DNA from: Dimorphilus gyrociliatus
Taxonomy: Eukaryota > Animalia > Annelida
Length of the DNA: 64,000 nt
Direction of reading: 5' to 3'
Assembly (NCBI GenBank): GCA_904063045.1
Contig: CAJFCJ010000002.1
Span: 3,033,891 to 3,097,890, forward strand
The notes under the pieces were generated by a model. The model was not told the DNA's origin. It saw nothing but the letters and a program-made list of their open reading frames with translations, and did not search any database. A program made the translations under genes and the position numbers. Shown in pieces: positions 25,352 through 39,462 of this stretch (the stretch's first letter is position 1; each line of letters starts with the position of its first letter).

Positions 25352-28300
25352 TTAAGTAAATTGCTGTACGAAAGCTCGTTGCAGTCTTTCGATTTGGTGG
25401 CAAAATTTTACGGCCGGTCCTAATTTTATTGGTAGAAAATCCTGAACGGTCTGCAGGTTTAGAAGTAGTAGAGCTTGGCCGTCAATTTCCTAGAAAGTAA
25501 TAAGTTACATGTTAAACATAATTACTTCCAAAGATAAATAGATTTAACGTAATCCGATTACAAATAGATGTAATTATATTGACTCTTACCTGCTCCCGTA
25601 GAAAAGGTACTACGTATTTACAATCATTGTCAGTCATAAAATTAACAACATCGTCGACAGTCCACTTTATAGGATCGCTTTCTAGCAAAAGCTTGTCAGA
25701 AGTTAAAATAGGTTCAGGCTTTTTTAAAGTTGGCTTAACTTTTGGTTCTTCTTTCATCTTTTTTATCTCTGTTTCCAGGTTCTCTTCCTTAAGTTGAAGG
25801 CTTCCTTCAAAATTTTCATCTTCTTCCATTGAGGGGGATAAAATTTCGAACTCAGTTGTCTTCCTTTTTTTTCTTTTACCGAGAGGAGCTACTTTTATGG
25901 CTATTTCTTCTTCCTGTGTTTCAGTTTTTATTGGTGCCTTTTCAATTGTACCAAATGGTTTCCTTCCTCCAAATTTTCCTCGTCGTTCCTTAGAATCAAC
26001 AAGTAAAGACAGCGTATTTGGGGGACGGCCTATCCTCTTCTTCTTCTTTTTTCCATATTTGTAATCCACTGTTGTGAATTTAAATACATTTTAACAATTG
26101 TACAACATTACTGAATAATTTTTTTGGATATTTTAAAGTCAAAAAACAATACATACTGTATCTGTTTTTTGTAAACTGAGAGCATTTTTCAGGACAGTGG
26201 CCATTTACAAAATTTGGTGAAAATAAATTAGGACAGCTTTCTATCTTAATGCATATTTGCTTGCAGAATTCCTCAAGCTATTGAATATATGAATATTATT
26301 AAAAGATTTCATTTCTTTGATACATTAATTACCTGACTGGCAGAGCTACAGATTTCTGCACTAGCTCTATATTGTCTTCCTTTATACCTAAAAATGAATG
26401 TATTACAATCGGTTTTCTATTAATACCTAGTAGTGATCTTACTTTGCTTTCAATGAAACAAGTTTCATATTAGGGTTAGGTTGGTCTTGTAGGCTGAATA
26501 GTCGTAAAACAAAGGATGGTTTGTAAGCTACATTTATTAATTTGCTCAGCACCTGAAAAAAAAATTATTCATTACTGTATAATTAAAATTTTCTAGGAAT
26601 CAGAATAAATTGTTTAACAGCTTTGTAATATTTCTAACTTACTTCAGTCAAAACAAGTTCAATTGGTCCAGGCCCTAACGATTTAGGTAGCATCGAAAGT
26701 TGGCCTTTATTCAAGAATGGTCCCGAGAAACATTGATGATTGAAATAGATTTTTGGACATGAGCCATCTTGACTGTGCTCATCCGAATAATTTTCTGATC
26801 TATCTTGACTAATATGTTAAATACATGGATATAGTTTGTAATTATAGGGCAAATTATTTTAATTAATTCCTACCCGGTTTCAGTGTCCAAATTACGCTTT
26901 ACTTTTACTCTTAGACGACTTTTGTGAGGTAATTCCAGGGGATAATCATTACTATCACACCATCCAACAGGAAAAATATCCATGGAACTTGCTGCCCTCA
27001 CAAACTCGTTTGTTTTCGATGTCTCACTATCCAAATGAAGAAATAACAATTTCTGAACAACCAAACTAACCGTTGCCGGGCTTATGACATCAGGATTTTC
27101 TGGATGTACTACTTCTAACTTATCCCCTTTAGCAAACTTAACATTTTCAATAAACTGTTAAAAAATTATAGCAATATTATATAAACAAAAAAAACATATT
27201 TTATAGGAAAGCTATTGATATTAATGTCTTACTTTATTTAAGAAGCAGTCAGGTGAAGCTGCTTTTGACCCCGTTTTTTCTAAATATTCATCCCAATTAA
27301 ATTCTGGATTTTTTGAAGCTGTAAATTGATTAGTTAAATGTAAATTCAGTATTATAAATAGGAAAAAATAGGAATTTAAAAACTACCTTTAGGAGCTTTA
27401 ATCTTAATTCCATTTGTTTCACAAGTCTTAACAGGAAATATATTACAACTACCGGAATGACAACACATTCGGACAATTTCTTCACCATCATAATCATCTA
27501 ACTCTACTATGCAAAAGTACTCGTCCAAAACTTCAGCTATTGTGGCGGGATGAAAAGAACATCTTCGGTTGGGATGCATTGCTTCCAATTTATCCCCCTT
27601 CTGAAAAGTATGACTTTGCACTTCCCTCTGAAGATTGAAGAGATCAATAGGTGGGGGGTTTTTTTCGGCTTCGCTAAAACAGTTGTTCAGAATTTCGTTC
27701 CATTCTTCGGATTTGTGTTGATCTACAATTTCTGGAATAGGTTTGTACTCTAAACCTTTCTCCTTTCCCCAACCAACAGGATGCAGGCGATAATGTAAAA
27801 AAAAGAGCCAAAAATCAGACTTATATTTCGGAATTTCGCCATGTTCACTCTCATCATCTTCAGTAGGTCCTGTTCCCACAAATCGTAAAAGGAGCCTTCC
27901 TCCAACATTTCGTATAACTCTTACAGGCCAGATCAGAGGGCAACATTTGTAGTGCTGAACTTCCAATAATTGTCCTTTTCTTACAAAATCTATGGCAGTA
28001 GTTCCGCTCTATTGATATTGAAAAAAGTATATTTCAAATATTTCAAGCTTTAAATTAAACAACTTACATCACTCTCAAATACGTAATCTAAAGGTGTACC
28101 AGCACCATCTAACTCTCTTTCAATAAATTCATCCCAATCTTCTCTATTCTCTTTAATATCTTCTGGAGGTTCTCTACTGTAACTATCATTATTTTTTCCC
28201 CAATTTAAGGGATGGACTTGGCTAGGCTTTAACCATAACTCTTTATTACTACTATTAGCTCCAATATATCTCATATTGAGAACTGGTCCGGCAACTATTT

Positions 28301-29279
28301 GAATTCTTGCGGGCCAATATTTTTGTTCTCCATGTTCAACTTCAACAATCATTCCTGCCTTAACACAAGACGATAAACTATTCTGAACATGCTCAAAACA
28401 GTCATCATCTGCTTGTTTCGAGTCAGTAATTTCAAGGTAATCACCCCATTGAAATTCTATCTCTTCAAATTCATCTGATGCTTGAAAATCTTCCATTTCT
28501 GCTTCGTTATTAGTCTCATTTTTACACTTCATTTCTTCTTCCTCCTCATCTTCATCCTCCTCCTCTTCCATATCGTTCTTTGCTTCGCTTGTGTCACCTA
28601 CGCTTTGCTCCTTATCAAAGTCTTCTGTCAATTTACAGAGAGAGTCATCTGATGAGATACTATCATTTTCTTTTACAGGGTTTTCGGAGGTAGCTTCCAA
28701 TTGAATAGTTGTTTCTTGTTTCATAGGTGATTTAGAAGGTGATCTTGAGTGAACAGTGATCGGTGTTGGAACTCCTAAACTGGATACAGTTTTTGGTGCA
28801 ATTTTTCTTTGTGTAGCAGGTAATAGAGAACCAAGTTGCATTTGCATATATTGAACCTGAGTACCTATAGGCTGAGATTGAACTTGTTGATTGATAACAA
28901 GTTGAACAGGCATTCCTTCTTTTTCCCTAATTTTTTTTTGCTGTTCCAAAACTTCTCGGACAGTGGGAGTAATAGGTCGAGGGCTTCTGGTAACAACTCT
29001 GGGTTTGGGTGGAGCATTCGGATTTTTGGGAGCAATAGGTTTAGTTGTCTGACCACGATGAGGTGGTACTAGTCTGTTTATTATGGGCAAATTAATCGGA
29101 AGTTGTGGAGCTATTACAGGTCCTCGAAGAAGTGCCGGTGTTGATGGTATTAAATTTCTAGTAGGAACTATATTCGACGTTTGAATTGGAAGGAAGACTG
29201 TTGTCGCATTAGTGGGTACACTAAGTCCCGAAATAAAAGGAATTTGAATTGTTGTCGTATGGGGAGGTTGCGACGCCAT
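25352..29279 (-). CDS. SFMBT1/2: Scm-like with four MBT domains protein (4 MBT + SLED + SAM), Polycomb group
   Basis: Four MBT repeats (e.g. [38 protein letters not shown]), SLED domain ([30 protein letters not shown]|[12 protein letters not shown]) and C-terminal SAM ([10 protein letters not shown]..|[25 protein letters not shown]). Confidence 0.94.
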
Positions 29280-30441
29280 CTCAGTACGCTGATAAAGTAA
29301 TAAAAAATTTACCTTTTAACTTTTATTACTATATGGTTATAAAAGACTACTCATAGTAAAGCCTTGAGAAGCTAGATTGATTGCATGAAAATGTTTACAA
29401 TATATAGTGTTGTTTTTACGATTTATAAAGTGAAAAATTCATATACTAATAATAAATAAACTTTGACTAAAAAAAACTATTGTACACATATATACAGGAC
29501 AAATTAAATTGATGTAAACAAGAGAATTACGCCAATTCTGCCGCTGCGTATATATAGTATCATCTTAAAAGATTCGACATCTTTCAGCTAATAAACCTTA
29601 TACATTATTACTTTTTAGTTACAATAACTTACTATTTTCTATTTATATGATAATTAAAAGAGGATTATATTTCTTCGAACAATACAAGTATAAACTTATA
29701 TATTGGCTTAATATGTAACGTACATTCATCAATTGTTTGACGGTAATAGTATACAATTCCATCATGTAACAATAACCTAAAGTATGAAATTAAAACAACT
29801 ACTCTAAGCCATTCAGAATTTCCTAAGATTTGTAATCCTTCCGGAACCAATGTTAAGAATAAATATATAAAAGAGTGTCACATGATTAGGTGTTTTCCGA
29901 TGACGAAAGAAAAAAAGAAAAAAGTATCTAAACAGTTGTTTTACAGATTGATTTACTTACGATTAATGATATTAACCAAAATTTATATTGTATATCAAAC
30001 AAAAATTAATGCTATTAGAACAAAACAAGTGTAGCAAAATGGCTTTGAATAATTACATCTCCTCATCGCTGATTGGTTGAAAGCTACCACCTTATTAGCT
30101 CATGACTTTACTAAAGAAAACTTGGTTTATCCATCCCTTTTAATATGTTTTTTTAAGTAAAACAATAAAAAAGTAAAAAAGCGTTATCTGTTATCAGTAG
30201 CTGCCAAAACTTAACAAGGACGACACGTAAACATAAATATAAAAAACTGTTTGCATCGTTTGCATACTCATCAACATTAACGTGGTTTCGAATATGAAAT
30301 AAAGTAAAAATATTTTTAAAAAATGTAGAAAAAAATAAAAGAACCTTTTTAGATTATTTTTCGATCAAAGGAATAACATTTCATTAGGTTTAAAAGATGG
30401 AAAATGACGATAACTATGAATCTTCTCTGATAGAAGTAGGG

Positions 30442-30472
30442 CAAAATGGCGTTGTAACAGTGCGCATGCGTG
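30442..30472. promoter_or_regulatory. YY1 (CAAAATGGCG) and NRF1 (TGCGCATGCG) motifs in the SFMBT/STIMATE divergent intergenic region
   Basis: Near-consensus motifs side by side, about 350 bp upstream of the STIMATE ATG. Confidence 0.5.
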
Positions 30473-30826
30473 CATTTTGGTTAATGATACTGATAAAAGA
30501 TAGTGGCTCTCTAGGAGTGTTTTTTCTAGAATAAAATATAATTCCTCTATTTCGAAATCATCAAAATATTCATTTACGTTGAAAATATACTATTTTGGAA
30601 GTTTTTAAATAGCTGGGTTCCTATTCAGTTCTAAAATATTTCCTATAACGGGCGAGGAACACTGACCAGCAGAGACAGGAAGTTGCTGGGAAGATTTATC
30701 AACATAATATGAAAAACTCATTTAAGGTCCTATGTTAAAGGTAATCACCCATCTGACACTAATTCTAAAGAGGCTATGTAATGATCAAAAAAAATCAATT
30801 GAGAAATATCAACGTATTTGATTTTC

Positions 30827-31712
30827 ATGGACGTCAACGATACAAAAGAATCGCTATCAAGCGAGATCCATTTGACAAACAAAAGTTCTGATGACGAATA
30901 TCATTGCAATCAACATGCCTTAACGGGAGAGTTGGGACTTATTGTCCAAGCATTATTGGCGTTCATTGCTTTTTCAGCATTAATAAGTTAGTATATAGAA
31001 AGTTCCTAAAAGTTGATATCTAAACTTTTATTTCTCAGTTAAAAGATTCTGTGAGCCGAAGGAACATCGAAGATCATGGTTAATATGGTTTTTTGATACA
31101 TCCAAGCAAGGGATCGGTGCTGCTGTGATTCATTTTGCCAATGTTTTTCTGGCTTCCATGTTCAAAGGTGATCCTTGCACATGGTATTTTATTAGTTTTC
31201 TCTTAGATTCTTCCATTGGTCTGCTAATCATATGGATCGGCTTAAAGATATCAAATTATTGGGCTACTTGGAAAGGTTATGACTTATTACATTTTGGTGA
31301 ATATGGTACACCTCCAAAGATACAAGCTTGGATAGGTCAATCCGGCTTATACATACTTGTAATGTTAGTAGAGAAATTTCTCGTAACACTACTTGTCCTA
31401 CCTCACTTTTGGAAAAAAGTTAGAGAAGTTCTGACGTCACCTATTTCAAATCCCAAATTGGAATTAGTGATAGTCATGTTCATAGTTCCATTTATCGTCA
31501 ACGCATTTGTGTTTTGGGTGGTAGACAATTTTCTAAAACGCCATATCAAATTATCTAATTCCATTCCTTCCACACCAACTTCAAGATATGTTCGAGCTAA
31601 ACAGAAAGATGATTCCGATTCCGAAATATTGCTCACTGCGGAAGAGGAGGAAGATATTATTATCGAAGGTAGAAACGAATCTTATAGGTTATTGAATTCA
31701 ACTAGATCTTGA
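30827..31712 (+). CDS. STIMATE: Store-operated calcium entry regulator STIMATE/TMEM110, 2 exons
   Basis: LIVQALLAFIAFSALI|IKRFCEPKEHRRSWLIWFFDTSKQGIGAAVIHFANVFLA..GDPCTWYFISFLLDSSIG..KLELVIVMFIVPFIVNAFVFWVVDNFL. Confidence 0.95.
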
Positions 31713-32414
31713 CTGTGATATTTATTACTCCGGCGTGGCTTCTATTGTTCTGCATTTTATAGGATAATTTAGAATCTTATTTTATTTTATCTTCTTCGGT
31801 TGCTGTTTACGCACTTGAATCTAACTATTGTCAAATAATAGATGATATACTGACAACCGAAAGTATATAAGTAATGAAATCTTAAAGATAAAGCATCTCA
31901 ATAAAACTGAAGAAAATCTTTCTTCTTCAAGACTCTCAGGAGTGTTTTATGTCATTTATTCAATATTTTTAATCGATTTATTAAAGAAGAACATAAAAGT
32001 GAATCTTTACTTATTAAACATTATGTATATACCTTTTATCTAAGTACATAATAACAATAAAATTGTAAATTCGTATAAAAATATGTTATCAGAAATAAAT
32101 GAAGATAAGCTACAAAAAATATGAATGAACTGTATATTAGTATATAATGTATACACAGTATGTATTAGTAGATATATACAATAAGAGTTTTAATATAACT
32201 ATTTGTTAAAGTTTCGCACTAAAAATGCTTCATGTGCACAATAAATATTAAGAAAAGTATGACTATGTTCTGAATCATTATCTTTTTAAAGAAAGATTTT
32301 GTTTAAGACTCAGGGACATGTTTACTTAATGTTATAATGTTGAAATGTATTTAAGCTGGTATATAGGTCTATAAGAATTCTTACAAAAACCCTTCAACAA
32401 AACTCTAAAACAAA

Positions 32415-33111
32415 TTATTTATTCATCTTTTCTCGTGCCTGTTTAATTTTTGTATTCATTTTGTCTTTAACATTGTCTTTTCCTTCTCTTAAGAGAGAAC
32501 CCAATTTTTCCTTTTCGTCTATTTCTTTCCATACTCCCATTCTTTTCAACTGTTTTACTGTAACTTGCGTTCCTCCGATAGTTACAGCATATCTTGCAGG
32601 AGTTACAAGCTTGTACATTAAGTAGGCTATGGCAGCATGGCCTAATGGACTGTTTTGTGCTTTTTCAATAGTTTCTGGTTCTAAGAATCTTTCCAAAATA
32701 GGAGTAATATCTAAACCATAGTGAGCCGCTGAATAGAAACTTGTAAACCAAACACAAGACGTCACAACATGAACAGCCACTAACGTTTTTCCATATTGTT
32801 TATATGCATCTTTAAAACGTTGAAAGAGCCCCTTTTGATTTTCGTCTCCGCCGCCTAGACTGAATGATTTACTTTGAATGAATAAGGGCTCTACTTTACA
32901 AGGTAACCTTGAATGTAGGTCTACAAAAGAAAATAAAATAACATTAGCTTTTATAAAGTTTTTTTGTCCTAAACCTTTTGACCGTGTTATCGAAATTTTC
33001 TGAGTACTCTATATATCATAAGATAAGAAGTCTATTTCTAGAAATTTACTAAATGCGAATTTTACCTCTTGCAATTATGCAAGTACGAGTTATAATGACA
33101 CAAAAATCCAT
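32415..33111 (-). CDS. FAM210A: FAM210A-like mitochondrial inner-membrane protein (DUF1279); first exon/start uncertain
   Basis: LFQRFKDAYKQYGKTLVAVHVVTSCVWFTSFY..AAIAYLMYKLVTPARYAVTIGGT matches FAM210A. Putative exon 1 (MDFCVIITRTCIIAR, 33111-33066) joins the main exon in phase 1. Confidence 0.88.
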
Positions 33112-33486
33112 TTTTTTTGTCGGTCTATTAATAAAAGTAAAATACTGCTAATGAAATTTACTTCTTTATTGTAAAATAGCTGCTGAAACTAATGAAGAGA
33201 AGCGACTGATCTGATAATTATGCATCATAATGACTTAGAAAAGTTTTCGGATATATCTTGGAAATAATTTTACTTACATAAAGTGTTTGAAGTTTGTTTC
33301 ATAAAGGTTCTGGTATAACATCTGGCTAAGCCATTGAGAGAACGAATCATAGTTGTTATTCGATAATAATATGAATATTGTATAATGATGCAAATACTAG
33401 CTAGTATTGGTGTTATCGTTCAGCATGCCGATAGAACGAAAAAGTTTCCAAAATAGTGTCAATTTTTCGATGTCCAATCTATCACT

Positions 33487-35225
33487 ATGGCGGTCACCGG
33501 TGTGAGGGTACCAATTGCTTTTTCAACTATATTTAATAAACTAAGACTTGATCCTTACAAGATATGCATGCGAAAGAATCACAAAAATGTAAGAAAACCT
33601 AAATAAATTTGTGACCCGTGATATTTTATTTTACAAAATCACTCCAAACTTTATTTATTATTTGCTTAATTATCGTTCTTCTAAGTTAATTATATGAGAA
33701 ATATTTAATGACTCTATTACAGAGTTTTCAAAAGAGAATTTTTTCCGGTATACAACCAACTAGTATTCCTCATGTTGGTAATTATTTTGGTGCCGTAAAG
33801 TCGTGGGTAGATCTTCAAAATGATCAAAAAGAGAATATTATCTTAAGTATAGTGGACCTACATTCAATTACCGTACCACAAAACCCAGCACGCCTACAGT
33901 AAGCCTCTTACACTAATTAGTTTTTTGTTTCAATAATCTAATTACAAAATTTTACTTCCATACAAGGCAACAAATTGAAGAGTCTTTAATTTGTTTAATC
34001 GCTTCAGGCATCGATCCTAATAGAACAGTACTTTTTCAACAATCCAAGGTGAAAAATATAGTTCTTATTTTCTGATCAATATTTGTGCGAGTAGAATATA
34101 ACAATATACATATATACTGTATATATATATATATATATATATTTCCAGGTTAATGGACACGCAAGTCTGTCTTGGATTCTAGGCTGTTTATGTACAATAC
34201 CACAATTAGAGCATCTTCCTCAATGGAAAGTTTGTTATAAGAATAGGAAGAAAGAATATACGTTTAATGAATATTTTATTTATTATAGGAAAAGAGTGAA
34301 CTTGTAAAAGAAAGTCGCTTAGGAATATTTACGTACCCCGTTTTGCAGGCTGCAGATATTCTTTTATACAAGTTAGAATCTTTTTTTTATATTTGTTGTG
34401 CTTTTACTAATTGGCCCCGTTCCTACTATTGATTTATTAAATAATATGCAATTTATATGTTCTTTCTAACTCAACGAAATCTATGCAATTTTTTGTATAA
34501 TAGCTTTTGAGCAGATGGTAAAAAGCTTTAACTTACTTCCCCGAGTATGAAAAAGCGGGCCTTATTTATAATTTATATTCATCGTTATAGAGCAACACAC
34601 GTTCCTGTTGGAGAAGATCAAGTTAAACATATAGAACTGACAAGACATTTGGCTAAGGCCTTTAACAGAACCTATTTAAATATTTTTCCATCACCCCAGA
34701 CAATTTTAGGTATCTTTCATTTGACATATTATATATTTCGTTACGACTTACTAAATTTTCAACTTTGAAGGTAAGCATAAGAGGATCAAAAGTCTTCGTA
34801 ACCCCGCCAACAAGATGTCAAAATCGGAAGCAGATAGTAAAGGAAAAATTGACATTTGCGACTCTGCTGAAGAAATCGTGCAAAAAGTGAAAAAAGCGGT
34901 TACCGACTCTAATTCAGCGATAACTTACGATCCTATTGAAAGACCAGGAATATCGAATTTAATTGAAATTATGAGTGCTGTAACAGATACCGAACCAAAT
35001 CGAATAGTTGAAAACTCTGCCGGTCTAGATACAGTTCAATTTAAGAGTAGAGTGTCGGAGGCGGTTGTGGAATATTTTAGGCCAATAAGAAAAAGATTTA
35101 TCGAATTAAGAGAAGATAGAAGCTATCTTCACAAAGTGCTGAAAGATGGAGAAGAGAAGGCACAAAAAATTGCCGATGAAACAATGCATGAAGTAAGAAA
35201 TGCTGTTGGCCTCAATGTTTATTAA
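33487..35225 (+). CDS. WARS2: Mitochondrial tryptophanyl-tRNA synthetase
   Basis: Basic presequence-like exon 1, then [13 protein letters not shown] (HIGH-like), [40 protein letters not shown]. Confidence 0.96.
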
Positions 35226-35240
35226 TGATATAAAAGGGAA

Positions 35241-35273
<33 letters not shown>

Positions 35274-36109
35274 ATAAAAAAGAAAAAAAAAACAAGTAAA
35301 AAAAAAACAATATATTTGAATTCCACTATAATATAAATACAGTGATTAATTCAACTGTCTATGAATTTGAATATTTGTCGAATCTTGAGTATTTTTCGTA
35401 TTTTCAATAGTTTTTCGTGCTTTTTTTTACAAGATGAGAATATTAAAATGAAACTGAAATGAAAATTCTGACAGATTAATTAATTTATTAACGATTTGTT
35501 GTAATTTTGATAGCCTATTCGAGTTTTAAAAGAAAAATATCGTTAATCGATAGAAACGACAAACGGCTTATTTATTCACCATCCAAACGTGCTTTGTCTT
35601 TCACAAGAGTCGTAAAGACATACCCTTTTCTGTTTTATTTCTCTTTTTTCATCCATTTTTATCTTATCTTTTTCCGGCTTAGCATTTTTTCACAAGTTAT
35701 CAACACACTGACAATTAAGAGAAGAGGACGCAGGTAACTCTCTTTGTTTAAACGCATAGAACAAATTTACAAAATCATTAGTAGAACGGGCGACAATTGT
35801 TCGATCGATCAGAATTCGATTAATTCGCCGTTTCTACGACAACGTTGAACTGTGGTAAACAACTGTATCGCTATTAGGAACAAAACCCGAATAAGAGAAA
35901 TTGAAATTTTGGTTTGTATATGATTTTTTATTCAAATAGGCCTAAATACTTTTTTTGAAAACAGCTGGCGTAGGCCGAACTAATCGATTTTAACGCATCC
36001 ACGGAAAAGCGCACATTTATTTATAAATATATATATATACACACCTCTGTAAATTTTATACGGTGTTGTTTTTGAAAGTTTTTTGTCTAGACTATTAGTA
36101 ATAGTGGAA

Positions 36110-39100
36110 ATGTATCATGGTAGGAGGATTAGTCGATATCCAGCTGGATTAAATATGTATAAAGAAGACAGAAGTCAACTTCGTCCAATTTCTGCGGAAA
36201 GTTCAACCTACAATGATCATGATTTACCAAATGTCTTTCTCTTTTTCGTGTTTGTTCTCGAATTATTGGTTCTCATTTTTGTCATTGTACTCGAATACTT
36301 TTTCAGGTAAGTAACTCATTTTTTTTTTAGCAATTTATTATCTCTCTACTTATATATATAGAATAGTGTACTATGTAGAATTTTACTGTATATCTTTTCT
36401 TTTATCTCTCTCATTCTCTCTATGCTTTTCCATTCAAATCAAAAATTTGCTATATTCATTTCCTATTTTCCTTTTGCCTCTCTTCTCTCAACTTGAAACT
36501 ATATAGTATATATATATATATATATATGTATATATTTCTCTTTTATAGTAAAAATTTCTATATAAACTATTAAAGATATTTTAAAAATTGTGGTACGTAA
36601 ATAGAAGAAACAGATGGGTAGTAAATTTACAATTGATTTTTTTAGCAGTATAATTATACAAAAGAGGAAAATTAAACGATTCTATTCTATTTTATTTTGT
36701 TATTTGATTATATAGTTTATGAGTTTTTTAAAAATGTTTTTAAACAATAAAACCCTTTTTTATTATTATTAAAAGCTGGAAGAACGCTTTTTTTTTAAAT
36801 GTATATAAGTTAATGGAAGTAATGGAAAATTTTTCCATTTTTTCCCTCTCCTCTCTTTTCTTTATCTTTTTATGTGCTTTTTAAATAATTAAATTTCCTG
36901 TCGTTCTTCCTTCTTTATTAATAGTCTATTTATTTATTCATTAATTGATTTAATATATACGAATATATTCTTTAATAGGGAAACTGAAGTTTTTCCAGTA
37001 CGGGAAACTCTTTTTACCTGCGAAAACCTGGTTACTAAGCACTTTGATAGATCCTCTTATGATGACTTTGATTTTAATGCCGACGTTAGTTGGCCTGTGG
37101 TATTTTCTTTAAGTTTATGTATTCCGCCTGTAATTGTAAGTAGGCTTGCCATAAAGCTGCGGTGGCATAGAATAAATCAGAATATTTTTTGTCTTTAGAT
37201 TCTCTTCGGAGAGTTAACTACCTGGGCATTTTCATCTATGGAAAGAAAAACTATAACTGTAATATGCTGTCCAGTACAAAGATTAGTTCGCCGGCTCCTT
37301 CGTTTTATTGGTGTATTTCTCTTTGGATTGGCTATGACAATGATTTTTGTTGATGTAATAAAACTGATGTGCGGCACAATAAGACCAAACTTTTACAAGA
37401 TTTGCAAGCCAAATGTAGCGAATTGTGACGTCAATATATTTTACAATGAAACTGTTTGTCAAGAAACAGACAAAAAAATATTAAGAAATGGGCGCTTGTC
37501 GTTTCCATCTATGCAGGCGGCTGTAACAGCATTCTCGGCATTTTTTTTAGCTGTTAGTTTGTCTTTTTAATATTTGCTATCATTATTCATCAAATTCTTA
37601 TCTATATTATTACATTATATAGGTCTATTTGAACAAGGCATTTGAATGTAAACCAATTAGGCTACTAAGACAAACTTTTGCGCTGGGATTTGTGATGTTG
37701 TCAGTAATATGTTCTTGTGCAAGATACGGTTTAGGAGAAAGTCATTGGTCTGACGTCTATTGTGGATTTGGACTGGGTTTCCTATTGTCTCTATATATGG
37801 TAAAAAAACTTTGTAAAATGCTTCACTCTCTTAGTGAAATTACATAATCACACCCTTTCAGACTATTTACGTCCTGAGAGGCTTTGAAGATGGCTGTTTC
37901 AAACACATGACGAAATACGTTTATCATGGAAATAACTTGGACAAGAAGGATTTCCACGATATTTACAGAGAGGTTAATAAAATTTTTATAAAAATCTATT
38001 GCAGTAGAATTAGTAATAAATTTTCTAAAAGTATTTTTATTAGTACAAATTAATAGTGTTTTCCTGTTTCTAAGTTCTTTCACCCTTTTTTTTAACAGAA
38101 CTGGGTAAAGCTCCAACACTATAAAAACTAACAGTGGTGTTTTTTCTTTTCCTGCACAAGAAATAACGTAGTTCTCGCTTAGATTCTTTTTTTCCCGCTC
38201 TGCAAGATGTATATATATATATATAAATTTATATACATATATATATATATACTCTATAATTAATTACATATATAAATATTGTCTCTGCGGCTTTTTGAAC
38301 TCTAATTTCTTTACTTAAAGTTACACTGTTCTTTTTGTCCACAGTAGTAGCATTAGGTACTTTTATAAAACCTGCTTTAATGAATGCCATCATGAGAGAA
38401 AGTCGTAAGAATGGAATTTAATATAGCATACGTAAAAAACGAAGAAACAAACTTTATCAATACATATTTTTTACCATTTCGCTCCCTCCTTCCTTCCCTC
38501 CCTCTCTCTTTACATCTATCTATATGTCATATAAATCTGCTACAGTAACATGTAACACAGAAAGAGAAGGACAATAAGCGAGTGAATGAATGAATGAGAA
38601 GGAGTATATTTCTTTTTATTACGAGCTAATACACAATCTAACTTGTTCTTGATATTTTTTAAGTAGCTATACAACTGTACTGAAAAAAAACAGCTTCTTT
38701 GCAGTTTATTATTTTTCAACCTGCTTAGAAAAAATGTTGCCTTTTTCTTTTTTGACAAATTTCAAATAATAATTCTATCAAAAAGCAAATTTATAGGATT
38801 AGCATAATTTTTTATACTAAAAAATTCCCAAAAGAAACATTTTTTCAATGAGATTTTCTTTTTATTTATATTATTTGTCTTGTTTATATATTTTTTCCCT
38901 TCTTTTCATTGAAAAAGAATAATCTCATTCTAATTTGGCTTCTTTTTTTTCTCTTGTGCCATGTGCTTTTATCTTATTATTTTTAATTGACAATAATAAT
39001 TTCCTCTCTTTTCTCTTATAGTTAGTGTTACTTCTTAGGAAGCTATAACTATATTGTTTTTCTTTTACTAACAATAGAGAAAGATTTAATTCAGTTGTTT

Positions 39101-39462
39101 TTATATTTTTATATCTGTTTGTTTGCACATTTCGGTATTTTTTATTAATCGCTGAGAGATAATGATATCCTATTTTCAAAAAAAGAAAACCACCCAAATT
39201 TTAAATAGAATTTAAAAGAGATAAACTAAATATTCGTTAAACGCTATTAAAACAGAATACCCTAGAGCGAAATTCAGCATATTCGGGTCCAACTATACCT
39301 AGACCTTTAATGAAGTATCAAAACGACCATGACATCGGAATGACAAATCATCATAGAAACCGTCATAAGAATACATTTCAGCGTGATTTACAAAGGAAAA
39401 TTGATATGAGAAGCTACATGCACCAAAATGACGCTTTTTACGACGACGAAATGCACATATAA
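36110..39462 (+). CDS. PLPPR: Lipid phosphate phosphatase-related protein (PLPPR/PRG-like, PAP2 fold, catalytically degenerate)
   Basis: TM segments with KLMCGTIRPNF (C1), RLSFPSMQAA (C2) and CARYGLGESHWSDV (C3). The in-frame terminal exon 39256-39462 was found by reading and is absent from the ORF track. Confidence 0.82.
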
